A stretch of 64,000 nucleotides of DNA from Nostoc sp. (GTDB taxonomy: Bacteria > Cyanobacteriota > Cyanobacteriia > Cyanobacteriales > Nostocaceae): NCBI GenBank assembly GCA_036918135.1, contig JBALDB010000065.1:32001-96000 (forward strand), in the 5' to 3' direction. This document shows positions 38,800 to 49,384 of the stretch, in pieces. The notes under the pieces were generated by a model, which was given only the letters and a program-made list of their open reading frames with translations, ran no database searches and was not told where the DNA came from. The first letter of the stretch is position 1, and each line of letters opens with the position of its first letter. Both the position numbers and the translations under genes were made by a program.

Positions 38800-39513
38800 T
38801 CAATTACCGTAGAGGTAAATTTCTGAATTCTCAATTGTGTATTCTTCTTCAATTAGTTGTATTGCATCTGTCAAAGTCCAAGAACGAGATGCCATCAAAC
38901 TCATGTCACCGCGCAGTACGTTAAGTAACAATGGTAAATTGTTGAGGCTATATTTATGTATCCAACGCCCTAGCGGTGTGATGTTGTCGTTTAGTGTTGT
39001 GGAAAATTTAACAGCTCGAAAAAGTTTACCTCTTTCTCCAACACGCCATTCATGGCAAAAAAGTGACTCTGGCGAGTAAATTTGCATCAATACAATCAAT
39101 CCCAGGATAACTGGACTGAGTAATAACAGCAACGAAAAAGCAACAATCCAATCAATTATTTGCTGTAACCATCTCAAGGTTTGATTACCTTGCTTTAGCT
39201 GTTTCTTGTTAGCGGGTATGCGTAAGAATATTGGCTTATGAGCTTGTTCGCAGGCATCTGCCCAAAACTGTAGTAAATCTTTACCCAGTTTTACATCTAT
39301 GCTCACCAAATTTACAGGAGAATGTTTTAAGCATTCTACTAGCGATCGCTGACTATTTAATGAAGCCAAATATGGTAGTTTGACTCGTCCTGGCGGCTTC
39401 ACCAACAGTTTACCCCGTCGCCATAAAAGTGTATATTCTCCAAAGCAACTATCTTGGCGTTGTGGGGTTAGATCGTAAAAATTCTCTATAACTGGAATTA
39501 TTGAAGTCGTCAT
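38800..39513 (-). CDS. hepC: HepC-like sugar transferase
   Basis: MTTSIIP, LLWRRGKLLV, WADACEQA.KPIFL; bacterial sugar transferase C-terminus (WRVGERGKLF, NVLRGDMSL). Confidence 0.85.
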   Translation of the reverse strand: MTTSIIPVIENFYDLTPQRQDSCFGEYTLLWRRGKLLVKPPGRVKLPYLASLNSQRSLVECLKHSPVNLVSIDVKLGKDLLQFWADACEQAHKPIFLRIPANKKQLKQGNQTLRWLQQIIDWIVAFSLLLLLSPVILGLIVLMQIYSPESLFCHEWRVGERGKLFRAVKFSTTLNDNITPLGRWIHKYSLNNLPLLLNVLRGDMSLMASRSWTLTDAIQLIEEEYTIENSEIYLYGN

Positions 39514-40000
39514 GTCTTTACGTTTATACAAGAGTGAATTGCTGAGGCGTTATCGAAGGCTATCAAGCTAATTCGTAATTATATTAAAGACAGTGATTTA
39601 GACCCTATCTAAAACCAAGCTATCTGTGGAGATAAGGGTCTGAAATCTTATGCTTAATTACGAGCAATATTATTTTCAGATGCGGGTAATCGGAATTTTT
39701 CGAGTAACTACTGGTAGTAGAGTGTAGAGAAAAATTACCCATGAATCTATATCTTAATTGTCCTGAGGTGTTTCTTGGGTCGATAGTAACAAAACCAATC
39801 CACTCTTGTGTTCTAACTTTTTAGAAGTGCTTTAATCTCTAGAATATAAGAGGATATAGAAATAGCGATCGCTCAAATAAATTCTTTATTTAGTCTTTAA
39901 TTAGTCAGTAATTCTTCTGCAAACTCATAAAGATAGCATAAATATCCAGAATTTTTCCTGATAGTAATAAATCTAAATTTTTATATATTTTAATACATTT

Positions 40001-40028
40001 GTAGGGTAGCACACCTGTGCTACCCTAC
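40001..40028. repeat. REP-like perfect palindrome / terminator downstream of the Wzc-like gene
   Basis: gtagggtagcaca-cc-tgtgctaccctac. Confidence 0.7.
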
Positions 40029-40096
40029 TTAAAAAGATATGTGTCTTGGCGTAAATTATAGATATCGCACTGCCTTACCAAAGCCTCATGCTCAAT

Positions 40097-42325
40097 CTAT
40101 TTTTCCACAGCTTGGCGCAGGGCTAATTGCTGTTGTTTGATATAAGGTACGTAATTACTGCTAGAGTTTGATACTCCATTTGCTACAACTCCAATCAAGT
40201 TTAACTTGCTGAGCATCGCTGTGGCTTGAGTCAGCTGGCTTCGGGTCACAATACCGATGCTTGCCACCATAACCACACTACGAGAGGATGATGCGGTGAG
40301 CATGGCATCCACCATGCCGAGAACTGGGGAAGCATCTATAAGTACCAAATCATAGTTTTCCTCAAATGCTGCCATTAATTGCATCATTCGAGGAGAACTT
40401 AACAAATTAGCTGGGTCAGCAGGTTTTGGCCCAGCGGTCAAAATATCGATGTAAGCTGAACCTGTGTACTGAATACTAATCTGGTTGGGTAGAGTAGCAT
40501 CGCTAGACAATAGAGTTGAAAGCCCCTGTTCGTTGGGAAGATTCAACTGTTCGTGCAGACTAGGATCGCGTAAGTTGGCATCAATTAGCAGTACCCTTTT
40601 ATGTAAACGCGCAGCACTCATTGCCAAACCCAACGCTAAAGCTGATTTCCCCTCATCCGGCAAAGCCGAAGTGACCATCAAAGATTTTAAATTAGAAACA
40701 GTATTTAAAAGTTCGATGTTTTTGTAAATCAGATCCAGCGATTCCCAACGCGGTGGAGATTGTAATACCTGAATTGTCCAAGGCGCCAGAACTTCTGGCT
40801 TACCGAAAGGCAATTTAATCATTGATTCTCTCGGTTTGGCTGGAGGTAATTTGGGGGTTGTTCCTAACAATGGTAGGGGTATTTGCTTTTCTAACTCAGC
40901 AGTAGTATGAACTGAATCATCAATCGATTCCCGAATAAAGACAGCAATTCCTCCTAACATTAACCCAACCACTGCACCTAAGAGCAAATTCTGCTGAGGA
41001 TTAGGGCCTAATTGTGCGCCTTTTTGAGGTTCTTCTACAACTTCCCAATTAAATCCACCCTTAGCAAGTTCTTGCCGCAATTGTTGTTCTGCTCTTAAAA
41101 GCTGTTCTAATCTTTCACGGCTAAATTGTAGCTGCGGTAGCATCCGATTGTAATAAGCCAATAAAGGTGGAAAGCGTTTGATTTCAAAACGCAGTTCATT
41201 CTCTTTCTTAGCCAAAGTTTGGTCGCGGGCACTTAAAGCAACTAAATTTGTTTGGGTTTCTACTAACTGACTAGCAAGGTTGAGGTCGATTTGACCAAGC
41301 TGTCCTTTTTCTAAGAGAGAGTCTCCAGAAATAAATGTACTAGCAGACTTTGTGCCTAAAGTTCTTCCTACCTCTTGTTGCAATAATTCCTTCTGGCTCT
41401 GAAGCTGTTCTTTGAGCTTTTGCACGCTAGGAGTTGCATCTGTAAAGCGTAAGCGTTCTTGTGATAGCGCTAGTTCTGTTTTTTGAATTTCGTTGAGTAA
41501 GCTTTGATAGCGAGTAGATTGACTCAGACGTGAAGCTACTAAAGCATTCTGTGGAGTACGGTTAAGTTGTTCTTCTAAAGATTTTTGACGTGCTAAAGCT
41601 TCACCATATTGAGAACGAGTTGTCTGACGTTCTTGGGCAATATTGTTTAAAGCTGTCTCAATCGCTTTAGCCTGTGATTCTGGATCGATTAAATTTTGGT
41701 TTCTGCGAAATCTTTGGAGGTTTGTCTCAGCTGCTTTGACTTCTTCACTGGCTTTACTTAACTGTTCCCTGATAATTTGCAGACCCTTTTGTAAACGCGA
41801 ATCCTGTTGTTGTTTGTTGTATTCGACATAAACTTGTCGAATTGCGCCCAAAACTTTTTGGGTCTTTTGTGGGTCTTTATCAGTGTATTCAGCTTGAAAT
41901 ATTTTAGTAGCAACATTGTCTTCTTTGCTTCTTAATTGACTTAAGACCAAAGAACCTTTAATCTCATCTGTAGTGATGTCTGGATATTCAGACTGAAGTT
42001 TATCAACTGCTTTTTGGATTAGACCCGAACTTTGCATCAAGTTAAGCTGGGTTGCAGTATCTATTACCACATTAGAGTCGGTAAACTCATTTTCTACTCC
42101 ACCTGCTTCTGTCTTACCTTGATAGTTAGGTTCTACTAGCAGTTGCATCGAACTTCTATAAGTTGGTTTAGTCTTTAAAGTTACCATACCTGCAATAGTA
42201 ATAGAACCAGTAAATACTATTAAAAACCAAGGAAATCTCCGAACCAAGACCTTAAACATTTGTCCATAACTTGGTTCAGTTTCCGAAACTGAAGTTATCT
42301 GAGAATTTAAGCTAGTTTGAACCAT
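40097..42325 (-). CDS. GumC/Wzc-like polysaccharide co-polymerase with tyrosine-kinase domain
   Basis: Two TMs flanking a coiled coil; TSALPDEGKS, LLIDANLR, VLIDASP. Confidence 0.92.
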   Translation of the reverse strand: MVQTSLNSQITSVSETEPSYGQMFKVLVRRFPWFLIVFTGSITIAGMVTLKTKPTYRSSMQLLVEPNYQGKTEAGGVENEFTDSNVVIDTATQLNLMQSSGLIQKAVDKLQSEYPDITTDEIKGSLVLSQLRSKEDNVATKIFQAEYTDKDPQKTQKVLGAIRQVYVEYNKQQQDSRLQKGLQIIREQLSKASEEVKAAETNLQRFRRNQNLIDPESQAKAIETALNNIAQERQTTRSQYGEALARQKSLEEQLNRTPQNALVASRLSQSTRYQSLLNEIQKTELALSQERLRFTDATPSVQKLKEQLQSQKELLQQEVGRTLGTKSASTFISGDSLLEKGQLGQIDLNLASQLVETQTNLVALSARDQTLAKKENELRFEIKRFPPLLAYYNRMLPQLQFSRERLEQLLRAEQQLRQELAKGGFNWEVVEEPQKGAQLGPNPQQNLLLGAVVGLMLGGIAVFIRESIDDSVHTTAELEKQIPLPLLGTTPKLPPAKPRESMIKLPFGKPEVLAPWTIQVLQSPPRWESLDLIYKNIELLNTVSNLKSLMVTSALPDEGKSALALGLAMSAARLHKRVLLIDANLRDPSLHEQLNLPNEQGLSTLLSSDATLPNQISIQYTGSAYIDILTAGPKPADPANLLSSPRMMQLMAAFEENYDLVLIDASPVLGMVDAMLTASSSRSVVMVASIGIVTRSQLTQATAMLSKLNLIGVVANGVSNSSSNYVPYIKQQQLALRQAVEK

Positions 42326-42476
42326 TTTTCTTATCCTTGTCTTCTCTACGAGAGGCTGCACCAACGGCAATATACACTAATAGTTAAGAAATCAAATGTG
42401 TCGATACTAAATTGGAATAGATAGGATGATTGAAAATTTATCTAACAATCTTATAGTCAAAATTGTCAGCAAAAAT

Positions 42477-43580
42477 CTAAAATTTCCAATTAGAATGATA
42501 TACACCACTTTGATTAATAATTTGCTCAACTTTACTAAAAAATGCATTTTCAGAAAAGTTTGTAACTGCATGATTACGAATGCGATCGTAATCCCAAGAA
42601 ATTCCCTTAGCCTCTAGTAATGCAACTTGCAAAGATTCAGGTGTTTGTCTTTTGAAAAAGACTCCTGTTTCACCAGGAATTTGAGTATCTAATACTCCAC
42701 CTGCTCCATAGGCAATAACTGGTGTGCCGCTAGCATTAGCCTCTACTGGAACTAATCCATAGTCTTCTAAAGCTGCTACGATAATCGACTTGGCTTTAGA
42801 AAATAAGTCTTTGCGTGTTTTATCACTTACGTGTCCCAAAAACTGAATATTTTGTAAGGCTTTGGATTTTAAGCGTTCTAGCTCTGGGCCATCACCTGAT
42901 ATTAACAGTTGCCAGCCTAGCCAATTAAAAGCTTCGACTATAATATCAAGACGCTTATAGCTAATCATCCGAGCAGAGGCGAGATAATATTCATCTTTAA
43001 TATTAGAAAAAACAAATTTACTCGTATCAATTGGATAGTTAACCATCATTGCCTGTTTGCTATAAATATTTTCAATCCGGCGGGCAACAACACTAGAATT
43101 AGCAATATAAAGGTCAGGCTCCTGTGCATATTTAAGGTCTACCTTTCTCATAATTTGGAATACTTGCTCGATTAAAGGAGCAAAATATTTATAATCTCTA
43201 TACTCCTTTAAATAAGTTGCGGTATCCCATAAGAAACGAGTAACATTATGACAAAAGCAAATGTGGCGTGCATTGGGATTTTTTCGCACTGCTTTAGCGA
43301 AGCTAGTGCTACTACTAATAATCAAATCGTAGTCCTGTAAATCTAAGGCACGAAAAGCAGGAAAGTATAAAGGAGCCATTGACCTAAAATACTTTGCTGC
43401 ACAGGGAATTTTTTGTAAGAAAGTTGTGTTGACTATGCGATCGCCTAAATCGATAGTTTTTTGCGGATCGTACACAGATGTGAAAATGTCTGCTTCGGGA
43501 TAACGCTTACAAAGCAGTTCAAATACACGCTCTGCCCCACCCCGCTGGGTTAAATAATCGTGGACTAGAGCAATTTTCAT
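42477..43580 (-). CDS. GT4 glycosyltransferase
   Basis: MKIALVHDYLTQRGGAERV, EDYGLVPVEANASG; start set at 43580 because the upstream extension is repeat-derived. Confidence 0.92.
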   Translation of the reverse strand: MKIALVHDYLTQRGGAERVFELLCKRYPEADIFTSVYDPQKTIDLGDRIVNTTFLQKIPCAAKYFRSMAPLYFPAFRALDLQDYDLIISSSTSFAKAVRKNPNARHICFCHNVTRFLWDTATYLKEYRDYKYFAPLIEQVFQIMRKVDLKYAQEPDLYIANSSVVARRIENIYSKQAMMVNYPIDTSKFVFSNIKDEYYLASARMISYKRLDIIVEAFNWLGWQLLISGDGPELERLKSKALQNIQFLGHVSDKTRKDLFSKAKSIIVAALEDYGLVPVEANASGTPVIAYGAGGVLDTQIPGETGVFFKRQTPESLQVALLEAKGISWDYDRIRNHAVTNFSENAFFSKVEQIINQSGVYHSNWKF

Positions 43581-43599
43581 GAATTTTAACAAAATGGAG

Positions 43600-43790
43600 A
43601 ATGGGGCATGGGGCATCAGGCAAACAGGGAGTGTGGGAGGTGTAGGAGGATGGGGAAGAAATGCAGGCGTGGGAGGAAAAGGAGGTGTGGGAAGTGTGGG
43701 AGGATGGGGAAGAAATCTTGCCCCCCTCTCTCCCCACACTCCCCACACTCCCCCATCTCCTCATCTCCCTATTTCCCTCATCCCTGCAAA
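43600..43790. repeat. STRR-type purine/pyrimidine-rich short repeats, partly inverted
   Basis: ggggcat x2, (gtgtggga(g/a)) arrays followed by (ccccacact) arrays. Confidence 0.75.
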
Positions 43791-43803
43791 ATACGAAACC
43801 CTA

Positions 43804-45117
43804 TTACCCAACTGTTGCTAGAATTTTTTCTGGGGCGAAATAGCTATTTTGTTCGGCTCGTAGTTGGTCGCAAAGTCTGCCTTCAGGTAATTCTACATCC
43901 TTGTATGTGAGGACTCGATCCTTAGAAATGTCTCGTTTGAGTCGACATCCTTCGGCTAAACCGATTGGTAGGAGATTTTGCTGTTGGACGATATCAGAAT
44001 TCTCGCATTGTCCGTAGGTCATGTAGTAACCGATGCCATCCAGGGTTTCTCCAGCTTTGAGGTCGATTTTGGCGGTGGTGACAACATCTACTAAGGGGCC
44101 TGCTAGGGGAGACATGACTGCATCGCCGAACAAAACTACACGCCCTACGGATAAGGGAACTTCAAAATGACAGAGGTGATAAGGAGTGTAGAAGCTGTAA
44201 AGAGGGCCTTCGCCTAATTTGTATAAGTTCAGATAGTGCCGTTGTTTGGGGTCGTCGTGAGTGGCAAATACATATACGCCAGGGCCGGGTTTGGCTCCAA
44301 CTACATAATCGACGATACCACCCAGTTGTTTGAGTTGTTCAACATCATATATTTGGGTCATTTCATCGACGTAGCCGTTGAAGTCATATCCGAGCATTCC
44401 GCGTTTGGCGACTTTCATGCCTGTGGCATTAGCAACGATCGCTTGCTCAAAGGAGATTTTGGTTCCATCGGCAAAGCTAGCCACCATGTGAGGCTTTTGA
44501 CCCCAACGTTTAGCAAATCCTTCCTGGGTGGTGGGATTGCGATAGGGGTCTTGAAGTCCTTTAATGTTACCGCACAATAGTGGAGTTAAACCAATGCTTT
44601 TGACAAATCGGTAGAGGTTCATTTGCACCCCTGGCTGATCGCCATCACAAGCGCTGAGGATAACACCTGCTCTGTCAGCATAAACTTTCAGGATGGGGCC
44701 AATGGTGCCGTCGAGTTCGGCATTCATCATAATCACATGTTTGCAATGGGCAATTGCTTCCATGACGATTTGAGCGCCAAATTCGATCGCACCTGTGACT
44801 TCGATGAGTGCATCGATACTCTCGGCACGACACAGTAACTTAGCGTCTTCTGTGACTGCATATTTACCCTTGGCGATCGCATCTTCTAATTCGCCAACAG
44901 TTGCAACAACTTGAATATCTTCAATTCCTGCTTCTGAATAAGCTTGTTTAGCTGCATCAATCTGACGATTGAAGATAGCAACTAACTTTATTCCTGGGAC
45001 TGAATTGACAATTTGGTTGGCAATTCCTCGACCCATAAAACCAGCACCAATCATCCCGACTTTGATGGGATTGCCTGCTGCTGCTCTAGCTTGTAAGGCG
45101 CGATCGATAATAATCAT
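43804..45117 (-). CDS. NAD(P)-dependent oxidoreductase with C-terminal SAF domain
   Basis: GMIGAGFMG, DGDQPG, DGTKISFEQ, TPYHLCHFE, LPIGLAEGCRLKRD. Confidence 0.88.
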   Translation of the reverse strand: MIIIDRALQARAAAGNPIKVGMIGAGFMGRGIANQIVNSVPGIKLVAIFNRQIDAAKQAYSEAGIEDIQVVATVGELEDAIAKGKYAVTEDAKLLCRAESIDALIEVTGAIEFGAQIVMEAIAHCKHVIMMNAELDGTIGPILKVYADRAGVILSACDGDQPGVQMNLYRFVKSIGLTPLLCGNIKGLQDPYRNPTTQEGFAKRWGQKPHMVASFADGTKISFEQAIVANATGMKVAKRGMLGYDFNGYVDEMTQIYDVEQLKQLGGIVDYVVGAKPGPGVYVFATHDDPKQRHYLNLYKLGEGPLYSFYTPYHLCHFEVPLSVGRVVLFGDAVMSPLAGPLVDVVTTAKIDLKAGETLDGIGYYMTYGQCENSDIVQQQNLLPIGLAEGCRLKRDISKDRVLTYKDVELPEGRLCDQLRAEQNSYFAPEKILATVG

Positions 45118-45359
45118 GAACTAAACTCCTTTATAGAACTGTTTGTTGTGTTACAAATTCCGAATAATTTTGCACTTAATAATTAGTTATAAATAGTTAT
45201 TAAGTACATTTTCAGAGTTAATTAGTATTAGCTATATCTTCCAGCAAGTAACTAGAAATTGCGGCTATATAGGCAAAACCAGCTTAGCTTTTGTTTCCCA
45301 GCTTCTGAGTCTGCATAGACATACTTAGTTTATATAACCGCGATTTTTATTCCTCAGGG

Positions 45360-46601
45360 CTAAGTTTTACTAACTAGTTGTTTGCTAGACTCGATGAAAT
45401 AACTCTGTTTTTTAGATTTGTGGTCTTCGATGGTTTGTTGCACAGCATTTTTATATGCTTGAGCGAACTGTTCTTTGGTATGATTTGTTCTTGCGTATTC
45501 CCATGCCTTTCGAGACATAACTTTCAGGTCTTCTACAGGTAAATTAGAAATACTTCTAACTTTTGTTTTAATTTCTTCCAGGGAAAGGTTATCAAAAATT
45601 ACACCAAAATCACAAACATCTACACCAGATTCGTAGCTTAAAATTGGAATTAATCCTGCTTGCAAGCAACTGATTACTGCTCCAGATTGTCCTTCAGAAA
45701 CCGAAGGATAAACAAGTCCCAGACAGTTATTTGTTACCTCTATAAACTCAGGACTACTAACATCAATCCAACCATAAGTATGGATATTTTGCGTTTCGTA
45801 GAGTTCTCGATAGAAAGCCTGCTCAAATTCCTGGTCATTATTTATCGGGCCACAAACTGTTAAATGGTATTCTGGCATTTGAGCGAAGGCATCTAAAACC
45901 AAATCTAACCCTTTGAGAACTAGAGCACTACCACCAAACCAGAGAAAATTTTTTCTGACTGCTGCAAAATCTTTCTTCTCAGGATAGGGATAAACAACAG
46001 GTGAAGAAATAGGAATACGATACATCGGTTTGTTGGCATATTTGAATGTACCAACTGTAAAATCGTTGCCCAAAACTGTAGCACAATCAGCATATTCAAT
46101 TCCCAAATTAGGCATTTCAAATCGCTGTGGACGTAAGGTAATTCCTCTGCGCTGTTGGAGTTCTAGAAGCCTATTGCACTCAGCTGCATTGCGAAACACC
46201 ATATTAGCAATGTCAACGTGAAAAATTTTGATGCAATCTTTATTCAGTATTGGCGCAAGTGCTTCCATCCGATGACGAATATCAATGAAAAATGCGTAAT
46301 CTTTTTGAGGAACGAATTTATCATTGTGAAATTGGATGACATCAACGTTGTAGCGCAAATCTAAAAAAGTTTGGGCTATTTGCCTAACTTCCCAATACCA
46401 AGTATGGTCATTAGGCATTGGCTGACCTGGTTTTAATAAGAATGGCTCAATTCGATAAGAAAGGAGGACATTTCCTTGAGAAGGTTGTTTGGGTTTGAGG
46501 GAAACAACTTGTAAGGTTTTGGCGTAATTGATGCGAGCTTGGATTTTTTTGGAGATAAAAGAGATGGTGTTGTTAATAGGAGATAGAATATTATTTGGCA
46601 T
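45360..46601 (-). CDS. GT4-like glycosyltransferase
   Basis: LVLKGLDLVLDAF, YPSVSEGQSGAV. Confidence 0.82.
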   Translation of the reverse strand: MPNNILSPINNTISFISKKIQARINYAKTLQVVSLKPKQPSQGNVLLSYRIEPFLLKPGQPMPNDHTWYWEVRQIAQTFLDLRYNVDVIQFHNDKFVPQKDYAFFIDIRHRMEALAPILNKDCIKIFHVDIANMVFRNAAECNRLLELQQRRGITLRPQRFEMPNLGIEYADCATVLGNDFTVGTFKYANKPMYRIPISSPVVYPYPEKKDFAAVRKNFLWFGGSALVLKGLDLVLDAFAQMPEYHLTVCGPINNDQEFEQAFYRELYETQNIHTYGWIDVSSPEFIEVTNNCLGLVYPSVSEGQSGAVISCLQAGLIPILSYESGVDVCDFGVIFDNLSLEEIKTKVRSISNLPVEDLKVMSRKAWEYARTNHTKEQFAQAYKNAVQQTIEDHKSKKQSYFIESSKQLVSKT

Positions 46602-46716
46602 TTATTTCTACCTTGATTAATTTTTTTACCTCATGCAGAGGAGCCACTACGCCCTTGCGGTTCCCCGACTTAAAGCAAGTGGCGTCGCGCAAAGGCGCAG
46701 AGAGGAAGAAGTGAGA

Positions 46717-47274
46717 TTATCTGGAAGTTGTGCCGCCGACGGTCATCATTCTTAATAGTGGCCAATTTAAATCTTTTTCGGAGATTTCAGTAACATCTAG
46801 AGGCCAATTAATATTAAAAAATGAGTCATCATAGCGTAGACCTTTCTCATATCCAGGTGTGTAAAATTCTCCTACTTGATATATAACTTCGGTTTCATCT
46901 GTGAGTGCTTGATAACCGTGGGCAAACATTTCTGGAACATACAAGGCGCGGCGGTTTTCTGGAGTCAGTTCTACGCCGATGTGTGATAAAAAGCTAGGAG
47001 ATTCCGGACGCATATCAATAATTACGTCATAGATAGCGCCTTTAGTGCAACGAATTAATTTTGTTTCTGCTGCTGGCGAACTTTGATAGTGCATTCCCCG
47101 AATAGTGCCTTTTTTGTAGTTAAAAGACAAGTTACACTGGGCAACTGTCGGCTTCAAACCCCATGCTTCAAATTCTTGAGCGCAGAAAGTCCGGGCGAAA
47201 AAACCACGACTATCTGGTTTTTCTTCTAAGTCAATGATGAATGCGTCTTTAAGTTCAGTTTCAGTAAAAATCAT
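46717..47274 (-). CDS. rfbC: dTDP-4-dehydrorhamnose 3,5-epimerase family
   Basis: DSRGFFARTFC, GTIRGMHYQ, FAHGYQAL, ISEKD. Confidence 0.92.
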   Translation of the reverse strand: MIFTETELKDAFIIDLEEKPDSRGFFARTFCAQEFEAWGLKPTVAQCNLSFNYKKGTIRGMHYQSSPAAETKLIRCTKGAIYDVIIDMRPESPSFLSHIGVELTPENRRALYVPEMFAHGYQALTDETEVIYQVGEFYTPGYEKGLRYDDSFFNINWPLDVTEISEKDLNWPLLRMMTVGGTTSR

Positions 47275-47336
47275 ATTGATTCCTCTAAGATAAATGTTGA
47301 CTTACTCACTCTCGTCTGTGCGCCTCTGCGTGAAAC

Positions 47337-48182
47337 CTAAGCTTTAACTTCATCTAACGCAGAATGTAACTCTACTCTGTGATAAGTATCATCCCAATAT
47401 TGCGTACAAAGGTCTGGTCTTTCTGGAGGGTTAGCAGTATAACAAAAGAATAATGCCGACCGCTCTTCTGTGCGAACTGTGCCGTGATGTAAGGCATTTT
47501 TGGTGTCTACAATAATTACTGTACCTGCTGGCCCTGGGCAGGATTTCCAAGCTGATTTCGGGATGATTGGTTTCACTTCTTCATCATCAATACCCATATA
47601 ATTTGACTTGAAAAGTTTGTAGTAAAGCTGAATATATTTCCAACTGAATACAGGAGCTAAGGAACGAGGAATATATTCAAAGGGGCCAGTTTTATTTTCT
47701 ACGTCAGTTAAATAAATAAAGATTTTGATAATCCGACGGTCTTCCGCGTCGCTATGCCATAATAGCGTTCCAAACTGATGTTTACTAGGAAAATCTTTCC
47801 GTAAATGTACACCGTGAAAAGCAACAGGAAGACCAATATAATTTTCAATGATGTCGAGTAGCCTTTTCTCATTTCCCCAGGCAAAAAATTCTGGTAAACC
47901 TGTCACTGTATAAATTTGTGGCAATCTTTCATCTAGGTGGACATTGTTTGGATTTTCCATCTGAGACAATTGCTGATACGCAGCCTTGAGGAGTTGAGAG
48001 CTAGAGTTTAACCCTAAATCTACAAGGGTTGTGACATAAACACCATCTTTTTTGAGAGCATTTAGGATTTGGCGATCGCCTGCTTCTAATACTGGCAATT
48101 TTCTGCTATGCTTCCAACGAGCTACATAGTATTCAAAATTAGAAGACAATGTAAATATTTTACGTTTAATTGCACTTAACAT
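47337..48182 (-). CDS. 2OG-Fe(II) oxygenase (PhyH-like)
   Basis: WHSDAED (HxD), GPFEYIP, GPAGTVIIVDT, HHG; ggagg RBS before ATG 48182. Confidence 0.8.
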   Translation of the reverse strand: MLSAIKRKIFTLSSNFEYYVARWKHSRKLPVLEAGDRQILNALKKDGVYVTTLVDLGLNSSSQLLKAAYQQLSQMENPNNVHLDERLPQIYTVTGLPEFFAWGNEKRLLDIIENYIGLPVAFHGVHLRKDFPSKHQFGTLLWHSDAEDRRIIKIFIYLTDVENKTGPFEYIPRSLAPVFSWKYIQLYYKLFKSNYMGIDDEEVKPIIPKSAWKSCPGPAGTVIIVDTKNALHHGTVRTEERSALFFCYTANPPERPDLCTQYWDDTYHRVELHSALDEVKA

Positions 48183-48233
48183 GGTGTAAATACCTCCTAA
48201 TTTTTGATGTATGTTTATCAAACATTGACCAGT

Positions 48234-49241
48234 TTATGGCTCGTAACTCCGTATTTCTTGACTAGATATTTCACTTGATTCTGCTAATTTAAATTCTTTA
48301 GAAACCATCACATCGAAAGCAGACAAGCTGATTAAAGCCAAAAATGGAATTACTGTTTTGATAGCAGACATCGGCCATCTTCTTAAAGCACCTAAGAAAA
48401 CTTTCCAATTGACTTCTTTACCGTTTTGTAAAAGCATCCGTCTACAAAACTGCTTAGAATATCCATTTTCTTGTAATTTTAAAATTACTTCTGGTATGTG
48501 TTTATATTGCATTAACAGTGCAGATTTTGGTTCTTTCTGCCAATAACTCACACCAACAACACATTCTAAATAAGTCTCCTTCGTGACAATCACACTACCA
48601 TTGGCAGCACAATATCCGGCTAAATATGCTAAAGATATCCAGTTGTTTTCAGCATTTTGCCAAATTTGTAAAGCGCGTTTCACTAAATCAGTGCGGTAGA
48701 TTGTAGCCGTCAAAAAAATGACAGCACCGACACTTTTAGAAAAACAATGTTCAAATATGGCTTTACTATCACCATTACCATTTTCGCTATCTATATCAAA
48801 CCAGCGGTTACCAATAATTGTGGGTGGATGAACTGGTTCATCAGTAACTTGATTGCGACCAGAAAAGTTGAGGAACAATAATGATAAATCTTCGTGTCCT
48901 CTAAGTTTACCAATTACATAAGCAATGGCTCTATCCTGAACTGGGTCGTCATCACCAATTGTCCAAACATACTTTGTTGTTGCAGAATTTAGGCAATACA
49001 TAATATTTTTAACTACGCCTAAATTCTTTGAGTTTTTATTTGATTTGAATACGATAGTGCTAAGTATTGATTGCCATTTTTGGATTACTTGCTGAGTATT
49101 GTCTGTTGAACAATTATCAGAAACTAAAATTTCACAGTCATCTTCAAAACCTTTGATAGCTTGAGCTAGCCATGCTAACTGTTTATCTAATAATTCAGCT
49201 CGATTATAAGTAGGAATAGCAATGGTTAGTAATTTAGGCAT
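48234..49241 (-). CDS. GT2 glycosyltransferase
   Basis: LTIAIPTYNR, VSDNCSTD, IGDDD. Confidence 0.92.
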   Translation of the reverse strand: MPKLLTIAIPTYNRAELLDKQLAWLAQAIKGFEDDCEILVSDNCSTDNTQQVIQKWQSILSTIVFKSNKNSKNLGVVKNIMYCLNSATTKYVWTIGDDDPVQDRAIAYVIGKLRGHEDLSLLFLNFSGRNQVTDEPVHPPTIIGNRWFDIDSENGNGDSKAIFEHCFSKSVGAVIFLTATIYRTDLVKRALQIWQNAENNWISLAYLAGYCAANGSVIVTKETYLECVVGVSYWQKEPKSALLMQYKHIPEVILKLQENGYSKQFCRRMLLQNGKEVNWKVFLGALRRWPMSAIKTVIPFLALISLSAFDVMVSKEFKLAESSEISSQEIRSYEP

Positions 49242-49384
49242 ATGAGAGTCATGAAATTTATGAATAGATTATTGATGATTCAACTGCAATATTTTGATGG
49301 CAAATACGCCTTGAGATTACTTAATTATTAATTATTGTGAATATCAATAATAGTAATTAAAGGCGTTTTGCTTATATTTAGTAA

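Noticed and set aside
43519..43910. Cluster of short ORFs and the Pro-rich N-terminal extension of the GT4 gene
   Set aside because: Products of stop-poor STRR repeats; the GT starts at MKIALVHDYL (43580)
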